Shown here piece by piece: positions 63,836 through 64,000 of a DNA stretch of 64,000 bases. Source of the DNA: Callorhinchus milii (lineage: Eukaryota); the NCBI RefSeq assembly GCF_018977255.1, contig NW_024704742.1, positions 62,436,001 through 62,500,000 on the forward strand, read 5' to 3'. Within the stretch, counting starts at the first letter, position 1, and each line of letters begins with the position of its first letter. A program made the position numbers and the translations under genes. The notes under the pieces were generated by a model that was not told the DNA's origin, searched no databases, and saw only the letters and a list, made by a program, of their open reading frames with translations.

Positions 63836-64000
63836 TATAATAATAATTCTTGCATCTGACATAGCACTTTATCATGTCTGCGATACGTCTCAAAGAGTTT
63901 CATAGAATATACTGTAAAGTGAATTTACTATATTTTTTGTGGGCGAAACACGGCTGCCAATTGAGCATAGCAGTGTCCCAGAAACAGTCATGGATTTACT
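63836..64000 (-). mobile_element. SINE-A 3' part, runs off the window
   Basis: (TAA) tail, gaatatactgtaaagtgaatt, cagcagtgtccca-like segment. Confidence 0.8.

Overview
Repeat-rich vertebrate genomic DNA with no intact multi-exon gene recognisable; it reads as part of a very large intron or a gene desert. The SINE/LINE repertoire suggests a cartilaginous fish, possibly a chimaera such as Callorhinchus, but this is inference from recalled consensus sequences. The window is dominated by four element groups. (i) 5'-truncated, frameshifted L2-clade LINEs, several with the RT motif YADD and visible target-site duplications. (ii) Decayed CR1 LINE 3' ends. (iii) Two tRNA-derived SINE families that share the L2 3' tail: a SacSINE1/DeuSINE-like family ('SINE-B'), and a tRNA-Ala(TGC)-headed family ('SINE-A') that appears to combine a CORE-like domain with the Deu-type 3' half and has four near-identical young copies. 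(iv) An unclassified dispersed repeat of at least 540 bp ('family C', about 10 copies) with an oligo-A end and a conserved hairpin. All ORFs in the track with recognisable protein content are LINE ORF2 fragments. The most notable observations are a pair of candidate frame-preserving cassette exons (63 nt and 39 nt, 41259-41442), a perfect 40-bp fold-back palindrome replacing about 360 bp inside an L2, covariation in the shared LINE/SINE 3' stem-loop, and two strong RFX X-boxes. I cannot confirm a novel biological system from sequence alone. Boundaries of old repeats are approximate.
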